Part shown: piece by piece, positions 41,199 through 54,476 of the stretch
How the letters are laid out: each line of letters opens with the position of its first letter
How positions within the stretch are numbered: position 1 is the first letter of the stretch
From: Balanoglossus misakiensis
Taxonomy: Eukaryota; Animalia; Hemichordata
NCBI GenBank assembly: GCA_040954595.2
Contig: CM082587.2
Coordinates: 3,232,275 to 3,296,274, forward strand
Length of the DNA stretch: 64,000 nucleotides
Direction of reading: 5' to 3'
Notes under the pieces: model-generated
What the model was told of the DNA's origin: nothing
Database searches by the model: none
The model's input: only the letters and a program-made list of their open reading frames with translations
Position numbers and translations under genes: made by a program

Positions 41199-41659
41199 CA
41201 TTGCCCCATTTCCACGTTTGTTAAGAAGCCTTCGCCAGCTGATAAATGAATACAGCTCTGCGTAGGATGGCTATGCAGAAACGATGTTTCAAGGATTCGT
41301 GGCTACCTGCGGCCAAGTGAAATTCTTGTCGGATCTTCAAGCTTTCTAATTGCTAGGTTAACTGCGCCTTGCATCTCTCCCGTTCATGGACAGAGTGGAA
41401 TAACCAGCGCCTCCCATTCACAGACTGCTGAAACTGTTAACTTCTGAATGTGTTGGGCGTGTGTTAACTGACTTGCCAAGTGTTTTGTACAATGTTTGCC
41501 GTGGGCAATCACGTTTTAGATTGGTGAACGATGGAGTTTTTTTTATTTGTCGTACTTGATATATACCTATAAATCAGTGTTCCAAAGAAACAGGCATCAT
41601 TCGCAAAGTAGCCTTCTCTCGAAGTGTCTCTTACCGAGAGATTCTCCTCTGAAGCGACC

Positions 41660-42652
41660 ATGGCGGCCAACGATTCAGACGCTGTAGGTTTGAACGGTAC
41701 ATTTGATGTTCCTGCTGATCAACCCGTAAGAACCAAATACGAAGCTGGCGTTACGTCGGCTGTCGTACTCATCGGCATCGCCGGAGTCATCGGCAACGGT
41801 GTGGTGATGTTCGTGGTGTACAGAGCCAAGCAACTGCACACCATCACCAACTATTTCGTCGCCCACCAGGCGCTCATCGATTCCATATCATCGTTCCTAA
41901 TGATGTACCACTACGTCATCCCGATACCGAAACCACCAGCAGGCTTGGCCGGCCAGTTGATTTGCAAGCTCTGGGCGGCTCGGTTTCCCATGTGGACCAG
42001 CATGGTCGCATCCACCTACAATCTGGTGTTCTTGACGATGGAGCGGTACATCGCCATCGTCTTTCCGTTCACCTACGTGAATCTCCTCACCCCTCGAAGA
42101 TTGGTACCTATTTTCGTCGGCACCTGGGTCTTCGCCATCTTCTTCAACTCGCCGTACCTGGACCGAACGATCGCTCTGAACGGCCGCTGCCTATTCGTGG
42201 ATCCGTACACACCAGTCGTGTACAAGCTCATCGCCTCCTTCAGCTTCATCGTGCAATACTTTTTCCCGCTGCTCTTCATGTTTTTCAGCTACCTGCACAT
42301 CATACTGGTGATCACGTCAAAAATAACAGGCCGAGTCGGTCCCAACGCAGACCTGCCCCAAGCCCAGCAAGATTCGATGTCCACGGCTCGGCGCAACTTA
42401 ATCAAGACGCAGATTCTTGTCTGTACCGCCTTCGCCGTACTCTGGGCTCCGAATCAAATCTACTACTTCATTTATAACATATCGATTCCGGCCGACGTAC
42501 CCAGCTATTTTCACAACGTGACCGTGTGCATAGCCTATCTGAACAGTTGCATAAATCCCGTCATCTACGGCTTGAAATACAAGCAATTTCGCAACGGAGT
42601 GAAGGTTGCCTTCCCGTGCCTGGGCAACCGCGTTCACGATGTGGTCTTTTGA
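41660..42652 (+). CDS. Rhodopsin-class (class A) GPCR, galanin/allatostatin-A/somatostatin-receptor-like, intronless, 330 aa
   Basis: accATGg start at 41660; seven hydrophobic segments; GN in TM1, TM3 Cys, ERY, W in TM4, FxxLWAP, NSCINPVIY, helix-8 KQFR; N-terminal sequons NDS and NGT. Confidence 0.95.
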   Translation: MAANDSDAVGLNGTFDVPADQPVRTKYEAGVTSAVVLIGIAGVIGNGVVMFVVYRAKQLHTITNYFVAHQALIDSISSFLMMYHYVIPIPKPPAGLAGQLICKLWAARFPMWTSMVASTYNLVFLTMERYIAIVFPFTYVNLLTPRRLVPIFVGTWVFAIFFNSPYLDRTIALNGRCLFVDPYTPVVYKLIASFSFIVQYFFPLLFMFFSYLHIILVITSKITGRVGPNADLPQAQQDSMSTARRNLIKTQILVCTAFAVLWAPNQIYYFIYNISIPADVPSYFHNVTVCIAYLNSCINPVIYGLKYKQFRNGVKVAFPCLGNRVHDVVF

Positions 42653-45600
42653 CTTGTGATTCTGAGCCGAAGAGAGCTCGGCACTTTTGAAAGTCTATGT
42701 CAAAAAGTCCTATACCTGTGGTGTTTCATTAAAACCAAAATGTCGACGATTTGTCAGTGCATAGAACCGTTGATGACTGTCAATTTGATACCAAGTACCG
42801 CATTTCAGAGGTTGCAATGAATTCTTGTGAAAGTTTTGTACTTTTGTACGACAAGATTTGAACAACAATATACAGAATATAGTACATATACATTTAGGTA
42901 ACCTTTTTACCGTATCTTTGTGTTTCGATTGCTTAATCAAAGTTTGACACTCTTTTTCTTATATGTTAATCAAGGTAACTTTAGACAATTCTTTCTTAAA
43001 ATTGAGAACAAAAACGGGGGTCACAGTGACTGTAAAATCATGAATGAGAGAGAAAAATTATCTCACATTTCGGGATGACCATGATTGGTACCGTAGACTA
43101 TAATTGGTGAATTTATTTAGATTATAATCAAGACTACAAATTTTCGATTTTTGAATATTGCAATTGTCAAGTATGTACTTTTCTTGTTTTATTCAGATAC
43201 CATGAAGTTTGTAAATTAATTGTTTTATATTAGTAGTACTGTGACATTTTTATCGATATAAATTTGATATGTAATACGATTTGTCCGTGAATTGTAATAA
43301 AGCAAGTTTATTGTCAACAAAACCTGCAGTGGCAGTCGTTAAATGAATCCTAAGTTGTCGGCCTATGTCAAAGACTTATGGACTAATTTCTTTCAAAGTT
43401 CTCATGCGACACCTCGAATATAATTTCTCACGTCTGTCTTAACTCTTGTGATTCTATTATCCACTTAGCAGCTCTATCTCCCCCCACCCCTCCCTTGTTT
43501 GGCGTATCTTCACTTGAAGTGAATTAACAGCTATACAAAATTCAACATCCTTGAGAACAAATATTAAATTTGGGCTTAGGAAACTTCCTTCTGACAACGC
43601 ACGTATGGTACGTGACCCATACAGTGCTTGATATCAACTGAACAATACGCGGAGAAGCTGAACATGAACTTCAAACACAGCCGCGCCTTCAAAGACATCT
43701 AAAGCTGCACGTACCGAGTGCAGAATGCATGGGTAGAATCACGTGACAGGTTCCTTCAATCCGATATATCCGATTTTTCTCACAAAACGGGTCAGCTCAA
43801 AATCCTTGAATCGAACATTTCTTTTCTCGTCTCGATCGCCATTCACACATGCGTGACACGGCTAATAAAGATTGCCAGTTATTCCCCGGGCTTCAGATGT
43901 GATGATACCTAAAGAAATGATGACAATCAAACTGCACGTTCTGCATTGCAGACATTGTCACTGCTGGTATGAAATGATTGTTATTTCTATGTGATATCAA
44001 TATGCGGAAAACAGTTTCAAAGTAATTAATATCGATTTCAAAATGGCCGCCATTTTAAATTCGACGAGGCAAAACACAAAATTATCTGTTCTAAAGTTAT
44101 TGGCGGCGTTTTGAATGCCGGATAGCATTTGTCTTGGTGTTACGTCACCCTGGGCAGCCCGAAAAATGGCTGATATCAATTTGTTTAACATCATAGTCCT
44201 GTACTACACGAGTTTTAAATTAAGGCTGTGTCGATTTTCTTTAATAATATGGCCGGCCTGGCCTCGGTATTGTAACCCACTTCTTATTTTACATACTGAA
44301 CTGTATAGCGCCATCTATAAAAAAAATCCTGTTTGCTAAAAAGAAACGAAATAAGTGGACAAGGCTTGATAATGATGGCGCTGTAAATAGAGCAAAAATA
44401 ATCGTGGTTGCTCGCGTAACTAGGGGTATTAGCGCCATCACTCAAATCCATCCCTGAATAGAACATGCTCCTTTTAAGGACACTCGAGGATTTTTTTCCC
44501 TTGGCCTTCCAATTAACTTTTCAAGCATCATCTGATAGCTATTGGCCATGCATTGTACCGTGACGGACAATGTGAATGTGATCGTGATAGCGACGGCACA
44601 CCCATTTATCCCGCAAGTTTCAACTTCAGAAACTTAGTCCTGTCACTAGTCTGTTTATGCCATTTACAAGAACATTGGAAAGCACGTCTGTGAACCCAGT
44701 AAGCCCCGCGAGGGAATCCACAAATGATGCCCCACTTTAATTGTTCATCATCTCATTTGAGCAGCAAGCTTTACTAGTCAGTATTCTCTAATTAGCTTTA
44801 TTACCCGATTGGCGTGAAGCATTCAGGGAGTGGACTCGAACCGAATTCATGTAATGATCTGAGCTTTATGATTCACAGCTTTACAAAAAGTTGAGAATCC
44901 CAGAAAAAAGTTCCTCGTGTGTTATGATAGCCATCAGCAGCTTCCCATCTTGTGCAAGAAAAAGAACAAGATTTTTGCTTTGGTCGAGTCGCCACGAACA
45001 ACGAACAACGGTGCCTTACAATTTTCAGTTCATCAGAACTCCAATTCCCCACCGACCATTGATCCGTGTCACGTTTCGCACGAAACTGGTCTGATCTGAA
45101 CACTGAGAACTGTGCGTCGCATGGAATATTTTCTCCGCCAACTTTCAACCACATCTGCGAGTCTTAAACTTCTCGGGGAGCCCATCCCTACGTGTTTCCT
45201 GAAAGACGTTCTGTAGATTTTCCTCCGGCCTGCCACATAATTCCATGAGTACATGTATACCAGGAGCTAGTATCATGAAAAAGAAACAAATCTGGCAAGG
45301 ATTCACAGTAAAAAAATACATATAATAGAAGAATCGACCGAACGTGCCCTTAGTAATAATTCACATTTTGACCCGGTGGCAATGTATGTACTAATTAGTG
45401 ACTACCATCTCTCTGCTGCCGATTTGCTGGAGTTTGAAATGAAAACGTACAAAGCACAGTGACGGCACCAATTTAACACTTTTCATACACATCTCCAATA
45501 AATATGCCGTGGGTGCATTCAGAAGCTACTGGTGTCCATATTCATGGTCATTCGGCACTCTGATATCTGTAGACGATAAAATCTGGTCCAAGAAGAAAGG

Positions 45601-45707
45601 GGTGTCATTTCCACCTAAACTTGCGTATGCCGCACTTCTTTGCCATAATCTCTTTTCAAGATCTAGAGGATCATTGCAGTTCTTCATATAACTCCAATTA
45701 AGATATC

Positions 45708-46703
45708 ATGGCTGACAACGGAACAAGCGCAGATCTGTATAACGAGACGCTAACGGGCGGCTCTCCGGCCGTCAACACCAACTTCGAGACGGGCATCCTG
45801 ACAACGGTGTCCGTGATCGGCATCGCCGGAGTCATCGGCAATGCCGTGGTGATGTTCGTGGTGTACCGAGCCAAGCAGCTGCACAACATCACCAACTATT
45901 TCGTCGCCCACCAGGCGTTCATCGACTGCATCTCCTCCTTCTTCATTCTCTACCACTACATCCTCCCGATACCGAAGCCACCAGCGGGCGTGGCCGGCCA
46001 CTTGCTCTGCAAGCTCTGGGCGGCCCGATTCCCAATGTGGATGAGCCTGGTCGTGTCCACCTACAATCTGGTCACCTTGACGCTGGAACGCTACATCGCC
46101 ATCGTGTTTCCGTTCACCTACTTGAAGCTCTTCACACCGCGGCGGTTGATACCGATCTTCATCGGCACCTGGGTCTTCGCAACCCTCTTCAAGTCCGTCA
46201 ACCTCCTGCGAACGACCCTCTTGAACGGTCGCTGTGTGCACACGTTGCCGTTCACCCCGGCCGAATACAAAGTCATCGCTCTCTTCACGTTCCTCGTGCA
46301 GTACGCTTTTCCGCTACTGTTCATGTTTTTCGCCTATCTGCACGTCGTGCTGGTGATCAGTTCCAAGATAACCAACCGGGTCGGTCCCAGCAATGACTTG
46401 CCCCAAGTACAACAAGATTCCATGTCCACAGCTCGACGCAACGTCATCAAGACCCAGATGATTGTCTGCGCAGCCTTCGCCATACTCTGGGCTCCTAATC
46501 AATTCTACTTCTTCATCAGAAACTTTACCTCCGCTCACATACCCAACTATTTTCACAATGTGACCATAGTCATTGCCTTTTTCAACAGTTGTGTTAACCC
46601 GTTTATATACGCTTTAAAGTACAAGCAGTTTCATAGTGGCATGAAAGTTGCCTTTCGCTGTTCGGGCAGTAACAGCATTCAGAGTGTTACTACCGTGACA
46701 TAA
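45708..46703 (+). CDS. Rhodopsin-class GPCR, tandem paralog of 41660-42652, intronless, 331 aa
   Basis: Same motifs (GN, ERY, LWAP, NSCVNPFIY); colinear with the upstream paralog. Confidence 0.95.
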   Translation: MADNGTSADLYNETLTGGSPAVNTNFETGILTTVSVIGIAGVIGNAVVMFVVYRAKQLHNITNYFVAHQAFIDCISSFFILYHYILPIPKPPAGVAGHLLCKLWAARFPMWMSLVVSTYNLVTLTLERYIAIVFPFTYLKLFTPRRLIPIFIGTWVFATLFKSVNLLRTTLLNGRCVHTLPFTPAEYKVIALFTFLVQYAFPLLFMFFAYLHVVLVISSKITNRVGPSNDLPQVQQDSMSTARRNVIKTQMIVCAAFAILWAPNQFYFFIRNFTSAHIPNYFHNVTIVIAFFNSCVNPFIYALKYKQFHSGMKVAFRCSGSNSIQSVTTVT

Positions 46704-47977
46704 GTTTTGAGTTACTTTCACGAAGGAAAGAAGAGAGACATAAAGCAGTCGTACAGTCCAAATATTACATTGAAATATCAAACTTTGTTATTTTATACAG
46801 AGACAGCTCTTTCGTGAAAATTCGCAATTCTATGATGATCGATAAATTTTACCGAACTCATAAAGCCATTACAATCGTAAATAAATGTTATGCCTTTTTT
46901 GTGAACTTCGTGCCATTGCATTCATTATCTGACACGTTTTATTCGTCATGAAAAATATAAAAAGACTTAAATTCTAAAAATTATCAGCACGATTTCCTGA
47001 TCCGTTCACAATCTGACATTGTGCGTCGTGTTTTAACGTCACGTGCGTGGCGATGTACACCTCGTAATTTACCAATGGTTTTATTATATAGACGTCTAAA
47101 ATTGAAAGAAGGGTTTAATGTTTATAAAATATCTGCTACAGTCAGTTTTCATGAAGTTATTGTTAAATGTAAACCAGGATATACTATTATATTTATTTTC
47201 CATACTATCTTATGAATGTGAACTGTTTCGTACAAAATACAGAACTATGTCTTGTAATTCAATTTTAGTATTCCTCTCATAATTAACATTGCTTGCACTG
47301 TTATGTTTATAATATTTACTTCTTTCCACAATAATTGTATATATATATAAAAAAATCTAGTTCCTGAATAAAGGAAACTGATCAAACATGACTGGTTCGT
47401 GTGTTGTGATGAGCACCAAGGCGGCCAGCTTGGAACCCTTCTCTAAAATCAAACCAAAGCTGGATTTAATTAATCTCTCAGAGTTTTAATAATCCAGCTC
47501 TTCGATTGCACAATTTATCAATCCATTCATCCATCTGTAAAGCCTATACTGATTCAAGCGAAAGTGAAATGAAAACAATCTGTTTCACAGCGTGTTGCAA
47601 TAGTCCGAAATCCGCGATTGCGTCAATCCTGATCGACAGCCCAGGGAGTGTCGATCCTGCATGCATGCCACACCCAATCCCCTTGATTAGGAACCCTGTT
47701 AACGGCTACAATGCTGTGCATCTATAGTTGATGGGATTAATTGGCATACAAGGCAAATCAAGAGAAAAGATAATCATCACTCCATCGATCTTGTTCATGT
47801 ACTTCAAAATGATAGTATGTAAACCAAATGTTAGGCCTAACTACCCAAGTTTTCGCGATCCCGAGTCCCCTTCATCTCTACTCCCTTAACCCCGGTTGAA
47901 AATCCTACGTCCCCAGTAAGAGGATACAATTAAAAGAGAATTTATAGTTGCTCACTCACATCACGTCTGATTTCGCC

Positions 47978-49929
47978 ATGAAAACACCGCCTGTTAACTT
48001 TCTCCGTGTTCTGTTCTTGATTGCAATTGCCACAGTTTTGTGGCTACTACTACATCCAGGTAAGACCCATCTGATAATAAATAAACGGACCATGAACACC
48101 GTATTCTCGGTAACGGTTATACGTCATGGGTTACACGGTTACGGTATGCAGATTTTATTTTTTGCAGGTCAAGTTAAAAATAAAAGTCTGGACAGGGAAA
48201 CAACGGTAAGTTTGTCCAAAAATAAAGTTGATCTTTAACAAAAATGGTTCCGATGTATGTATCTCTGTCTAGCCAAATTATTGCCGGTGGCTTGGCGGTC
48301 AAAACGCTCATTGTAAGCATTAAGACAGACACTTTTAATCATGGGCATATGTAAATTAAGGATGCTTGCATACCTTCAACTACGATTAGGAGGAGAAACA
48401 AGAGAAACCCGAACGCTATGTTATTGATCCAGCGGTTGAAGACATCCTCACTGAAGACCAGTTTCGTGGCCTTCTTATCGACACTATTTCAAGACCAACT
48501 TACACTTGTATGGATGATCAACGAATGGGTGTACCTTTTCCCGAAGATGGAGGATACAATGTATGTATGGATGTTGATGTAAATCCAAACCGATGTATCG
48601 TGTATTCATTTGGGTGAGTATCGCATTCTTTTATGTGATGTAACATTGCTATCTCAAATGTGGTATCATAATATTGCTTCAAAATATAGTGATGACCACT
48701 TAAATCAACTACATGTAACTGTGCATCATGTATATTTTATATGTTGTTCTAGGATCGCTCAAAAATGGTCGTTTGACGATGACATGGGAAACTACGGTTG
48801 TAATGTATACAGTTTTGACCCATTGTAAGTATGACCTTGTGGTGAAATTTAAAACATTTCTTCACGTTATTAAACTGCGACTACTGTTAAAGGGCGACGA
48901 TCCTCTTATGCGCATGTGCCAAAAATCAAATAACCGAATGACAAGATATTTCTTCTTTGTTGCAGTAATGGGATGACTGAACATCAACGTTCTGATCGAG
49001 TTCGATTCTATGACATCGGGCTTTGTGACGAGGATAGTGACAATGTTTTTCATAGTCTCACAGGCAAAACTATAAAATGTCGATCTGTAGGTGGTGTCAG
49101 GAGAATGTTAAACCATGAAAAGGTAACGGCATTGGAACTTGGTTTCGCACTGATGTTAAGGGTATGACCTTCAAGCATACACTCCAACATACCTGAAGCT
49201 ACTGTGTTCAAAGTTATACTACTGTGTCACACGTATACTATTTTCAATTTGTGCCGTGGCATAATCCAAGATGGCTGCTGGAGGACATCTTGTTACGAAG
49301 GTTTTATGTCACTTGTGCAAAATTGTCTCAAATTTGACACTCAAATGGCCATTAACTCTATGGAGAAAATTTAAATTAGTGATTTTTACAGTAAAAAGAT
49401 CACAAGACACCCTGTTTTTGTTATCAAAGAGTGATCACACAGTTATATAGCAAAGAATTTTTGTGACAATCGGTCTCCAGGTCTGTACTATGTTACAGAC
49501 ATACTTTCGTTATTTAGATCACATCACACTTATAATTGTCACTGCAGTTACCCTATTTTTCCATGCATTTTCTTTCTTATTTTGCAGAGAGACATTGACG
49601 TTCTTAAAATGGATGTCGAAGGAGATGAATGGGCGTCTCTGAATCAGATCATGTCGAATGGTATCATCAATCGCGTGAAGCAGCTCATTTTTGAACTGCA
49701 CGTCAGGAGGATCCTCACAAAACTAAGCGTACCGGTCACGACCTCTGACATGTTCAAGCTTTTCAGAAGACTGCAGCATGAACACGGTTTTCAGCTCTGG
49801 TTCATGCACGAAAACGAAATTGTTGCCACTGACAACTACGGACCATACGGAGGAAATCACAGCAGAGATTTCGAACTCGCGTGGGTGAATACAAACTTTG
49901 TGAAAGGAAACACACGTACGGAAGAATGA
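47978..49929 (+). CDS. METTL24: Methyltransferase-like protein 24 family (FkbM-like, signal-anchored), 6 exons, 304 aa
   Basis: Exons 47978-48059, 48168-48205, 48390-48613, 48753-48824, 48966-49122, 49588-49929; all GT-AG and phase-consistent (915 nt). Motifs DGGYNVC, CIVYSFG, WSFDD, VYSFDP, IDVLKMDVEGDEW, QLIFELH, ELAWVN; N-terminal hydrophobic anchor. Confidence 0.9.
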
Positions 49930-50437
49930 TGATAAATATTTCTTTGTGTGCTACATTCCTGTTGCAAGGCATTTCTTGACAGGCAACATGTTTTTCTTGA
50001 CTTAATATCATATGTATTTCAATACAGAACACGTTTATTTAGAATATTACTTTGAAAATGGTGCTCTGGTTCACGTCTGATAAAAGACGTTATTAATATT
50101 GTGAATTGGGAAGGTATACATATTGATGGTTAATTCAGTATTACTTGGAGGTTGTAATTGATATTTCTGTTTATGGAAATCTCATATTTGCAAGGCAATA
50201 AACTACATACAGAGTAAATGTAAAGTGGAGACCAGGAGTGGAGTAATATTTAAGGTGGCCTTAATAGTTCACGAATAATTCATTTAAGATTAAAACTTCA
50301 CATTATGTACTTTAAAACTGTCAGTTGGACATATTCATGACCACTGTATGAGCTTATGTCTTCGTATTTTGGCTGATATGTGGTTTCTGGCACTCAAACT
50401 GCATCCAGACTGACATCTCACAGAATGCCGGATGAAA

Positions 50438-53400
50438 TTACTTCTTTGTCATGGAGTCCTTCCATTCCCTGATAATCTTCTCTGCCTTGTCTAATGTGCT
50501 CTCTTCCTGTAAGTGTGACAGATTAGGGACTGTGTTGAGAAATACATGTTGTGCAAATCAGAATACAGTACACAGCAGAACCTCTCTCTGCCTGATTCCA
50601 TCCATGAATGAAAGAATACAATATCTGAGCTGACATACCTTGATGAAACAGAATCTGATGTAATTTTCTCCTAGGTGCTTGTGGTCTTTACTGTAAAATG
50701 CACTCGGGGGAATAGCACCAATTCCCTGTGGGATTGTGAAGATGAGTTCAGTGTCATGACACAATAATTGTATTAAATTCAATTGATTATGTTAATTAAA
50801 GTACAGCTTTTCGCTAATCTTAGGAGTACATGAAAAGTATTGATTTAAACTATGGTTTTATTAAAATGAAATTACTTAATTAGGCAGGCCAGTGGAGAAT
50901 GTATATGGCATTTCCCTATATTACCTTTTTCATGGTTAACCATCGAACCAACTTGTAATCTCGATTTCCTTCGCCAAGTTCAGGGTCATCCAAGTTTACA
51001 TCTGCAAGTAAGCATATAGACACCAGAGGAGCATTATGGGTAAAAAGTTGACCAATCTCTAACCTGTATTTCACCTCACAACTGAAAGCAGAAGTTCTCA
51101 CCTTGCAGATAGTTAATGTAAACTGACATGGCCAGAAATTAATTGAAACATGATCACTGCGAGTATAACTTTGATTCTGCTTATCAATTAATTGTCAGAA
51201 CATACCAATGCCAGATGTGTCAGCCATCATGAAATAGCCACCTTCGGGAATGATGGGTTTCATACCAACTTCTGCCAAAAACTTTCTCATTCTTTCTCGT
51301 TTGCCTTCCAACATGTCTGCCAATTCCTTAAAGTAGCTGTCAGGTTTATTCAGTCGGGCCATCTCGATCTCGAACCCTATTGCTGCAGCTTCCTATTAGG
51401 AGAAAGACATTGTGTGACTGTGGTAGAAAGTCTGTCTGTCTGTATGTCTGACTGTCTGTCCATCCATCTGCCTATTTGTCTCTCAGTTCACCTGTCTCTT
51501 TCTCTCTGTCTCCTTTGAGATAGCCACAGTGGGCTGAAATCTATTATATACCTTTATTTGATCTATTAAAATGTTGTGACGCACTAATCTTGCAAAATGG
51601 TGGAAGGATATGCATGAGACTGTAGAATCAAACTCGCACCACACATGAAATCATGTATCATGGAACTTACCTGGAGAGGGGTAGGAATTGTATACAGACT
51701 ATTCTGATGTACTGTCATTAAATGACGGATTAGGTGGGCTGGACCAAATGACCATCCAAGCTGATGAGAAAAAAAGGCGAATCATTGACTCTTCATATAC
51801 ATAAGTCATCCAAATGCATAACAGTCCTGTACCATGCATAAGGCATGATGTTGTCCCTATACCTGTCTGTGGTTTTCTAGCTGCGTATCCACACAGCCAT
51901 TATTGACAGTCCCGTGCACTCACCTTCCAGCCTGTAACGCTGAATGTTTTACCAGCACTGCCTATAGTTATGGTGCGATCCCACATTCCTGGCAAAGATG
52001 CTGTTTGGTAATGAAGGAAGGAAGTGTCAGTCTGGCCAAGTCTTGCTATGAAACATCACTATTTGACAACAAAGCTGTTAAGACCAATGCATCACCCATG
52101 TAATCAGCTATCAGTTTATTGGGCTAAATTACAGATCTCTGTGGCTGGTGTTAGATATCTGATGGCAGATTGCACGGCCAAGTAATAACATTTAAAGAAA
52201 TTTCCCCAAATATACAGAAATTTTAGTATGCCAAGTAACACTCACCCATTCTTACATGTTCACTACCAGAATACACCAGCCATTCATAAACTTCATCACT
52301 GATGCATATGACGTCGTGTTTCTTGCACAAGTCTGCCACCATTTCCAATTCACTTTTCTGAAATACCTGCAGGAATAGTTTGGGAACACAGAAAGGAAGT
52401 GATCAGAAACAATGTGGTGATTGCAATTTCAAGGTGCATTTTGTAATAGGTACACAATCAGATAGAACCGTTTTTTTTTTTTGGGGGGGGGGGAGTGGTT
52501 GATTAGTGGGAGGGGGAGGGGTTTGGTGATAGTGATGTATTGGTTTCTACTTACTTTCCCCAGGGGGTTGTTTGGAGTGTTTATGAGAAGAGCTTTGGTT
52601 TTATCAGTAAATTTGCTGGCAAGTTCCTCTGGATCTAGAACGAAATCTGTGGTCGACTGCACACCAGGATGTTTCTGAAGAGAGGGCGGTACAAAGGTCA
52701 AAGGTCAACAAATCAAACAGCCAAAAACATCAAAGAATATCAAATATGTGATATCTACAAGCCACTGTTGCCCCATGGGTAGAATTACACATACAACACA
52801 GTGCAGTAAAACAATAACGTGGTATACTTACTGGTCTGAGCGGGACAAATACTGGTGTTCCGCCAGCCATTTTGACCATGGGTTCGTAGCAGTCAAAGTA
52901 TGGCTCTATTATGATCACCTACATATACAAGAAAATGAAAGAAATGAAAAGTTTTCCATGGCTGTGAAAGAATCAATAGCCAATTCACAACTCTGACTCT
53001 TCCATACAATGCAGTCCAAAACAGGTTAGGGCAGTCAACCAGTCTGTCTCCTTTCTCTTAAAGTATTATTCTCATAATACTACATCTACTTTACAGGTTA
53101 CCTGATTCCCAACCTCAGCATGAATCCCACAGTGCCTTGCAATTTACCTCATCCCCATGATCGATCAATCCCATGATGCTGCAGAAGAGAGAATCATAGG
53201 CTCCAACAGTGCACAGCACTTCAGTGTTCTGGTTGATTTCTCTGCCAATCAACTGACCATACAGAGTGGCTATTGCCTTCACCAACCTTGGATGGCCCTG
53301 TAAAATAAAATACTTTTATTCAGGAGCATGCCACATGTAAGCTCAAAGGTGCGAGTCTTCAGTATGTAAATTGTCAAGTGGGGAGCCAAATTGTGTTTCA

Positions 53401-54068
53401 ATGTGCACATGAAACGAAATACTATCATGGCAACAGACCTCCGACACATGAATCAACTACTGTATTCACAGACTTACAAAACCCCTGGTGTATTGATGCA
53501 TCATGATATTATCACTGGTCACAGTCTTGGCTAAGGCATCCACCAGGTGGGCAGGTGCGGCAAAGTCCGGAAAACCCTGCAAAAAGAGACATTGGATCAA
53601 ACTTAAAATTTCAAAAGAAATGTTTAAAGATAATCCCCACATACATCCATTTATCATGTTTCATCAGGGATATCACAGGAATGTGCCTTGTTCCACCCTC
53701 CCATTGGAGATTACTGAAGGGAAAAAATGCTGAAAATCAGAGCATTTCATGTACATTTTGGATATTTACTCACCTGTCCAAGGTTAACAGGTTTATATTC
53801 CAAGGCTAATCCCACAAACTCAACCCTAAAAATATCAAGTATTATTTTACTCGGTTAATGCTGCAGGCATTGAAAACAGGGGTTATTGCTTAATTAAAAT
53901 CTTCATTTAAGTAAAGTATCATATTTGCGAACTTACCACACATTTTTGTCAAGTCCCTGGATTCTCTTGGCTGGGCCGTGCTTCTTAGACATTGTTGGGG
54001 CCTGTGAAAGTGTCAAATGAAACGCATGAGACAGACAGACAGACAGACGGACAGATAGACAGACAGAT

Positions 54069-54100
<32 letters not shown>

Positions 54101-54476
54101 AGTATGGAGAAAGATACATGTAAAGCAAGTAATTGTCTTGGAGAGGCAGAAGCGATGGTTAACCCATCCTGTCAATGGGCACATGTACATGCATACATGC
54201 ACCCATTCAATAAAATTAAAATGACATCAGAAAATGAACATCACCCCACTATACATGACAAATTTGAAGACAACTATATGTTTCCTCTGTCACGTTTAAC
54301 TACTGTAGATTACTGTAACCTTACACGTCACTCATTTTCAAAACAATTGTTCTGAAATCATCAGTACTTACAGATGAGCTGAAGTGAACTGGTTGATTGC
54401 TAAATAAAGAGTACGCAGCTGGATTAAGCACCCTACGTGATAGCTGTTTTATTGTGTGAATAGTGGCAAGCATCAT
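50438..54476 (-). CDS. KYAT3: Kynurenine--oxoglutarate transaminase (KYAT1/KYAT3 co-ortholog), 14 coding exons, 461 aa (423 aa from second ATG at 53992)
   Basis: Exons 54476-54372, 54001-53937, 53825-53774, 53576-53478, 53297-53148, 52918-52832, 52674-52555, 52366-52246, 52000-51924, 51760-51671, 51392-51206, 51001-50925, 50725-50639, 50506-50438; all GT-AG and in phase. Motifs [46 protein letters not shown]-lysine [22 protein letters not shown]. Confidence 0.95.
54028..54101 (+). repeat. (GACA)n microsatellite with variant units, in KYAT intron
   Basis: agacagacagac...ggacagatagac tandem array. Confidence 0.95.
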
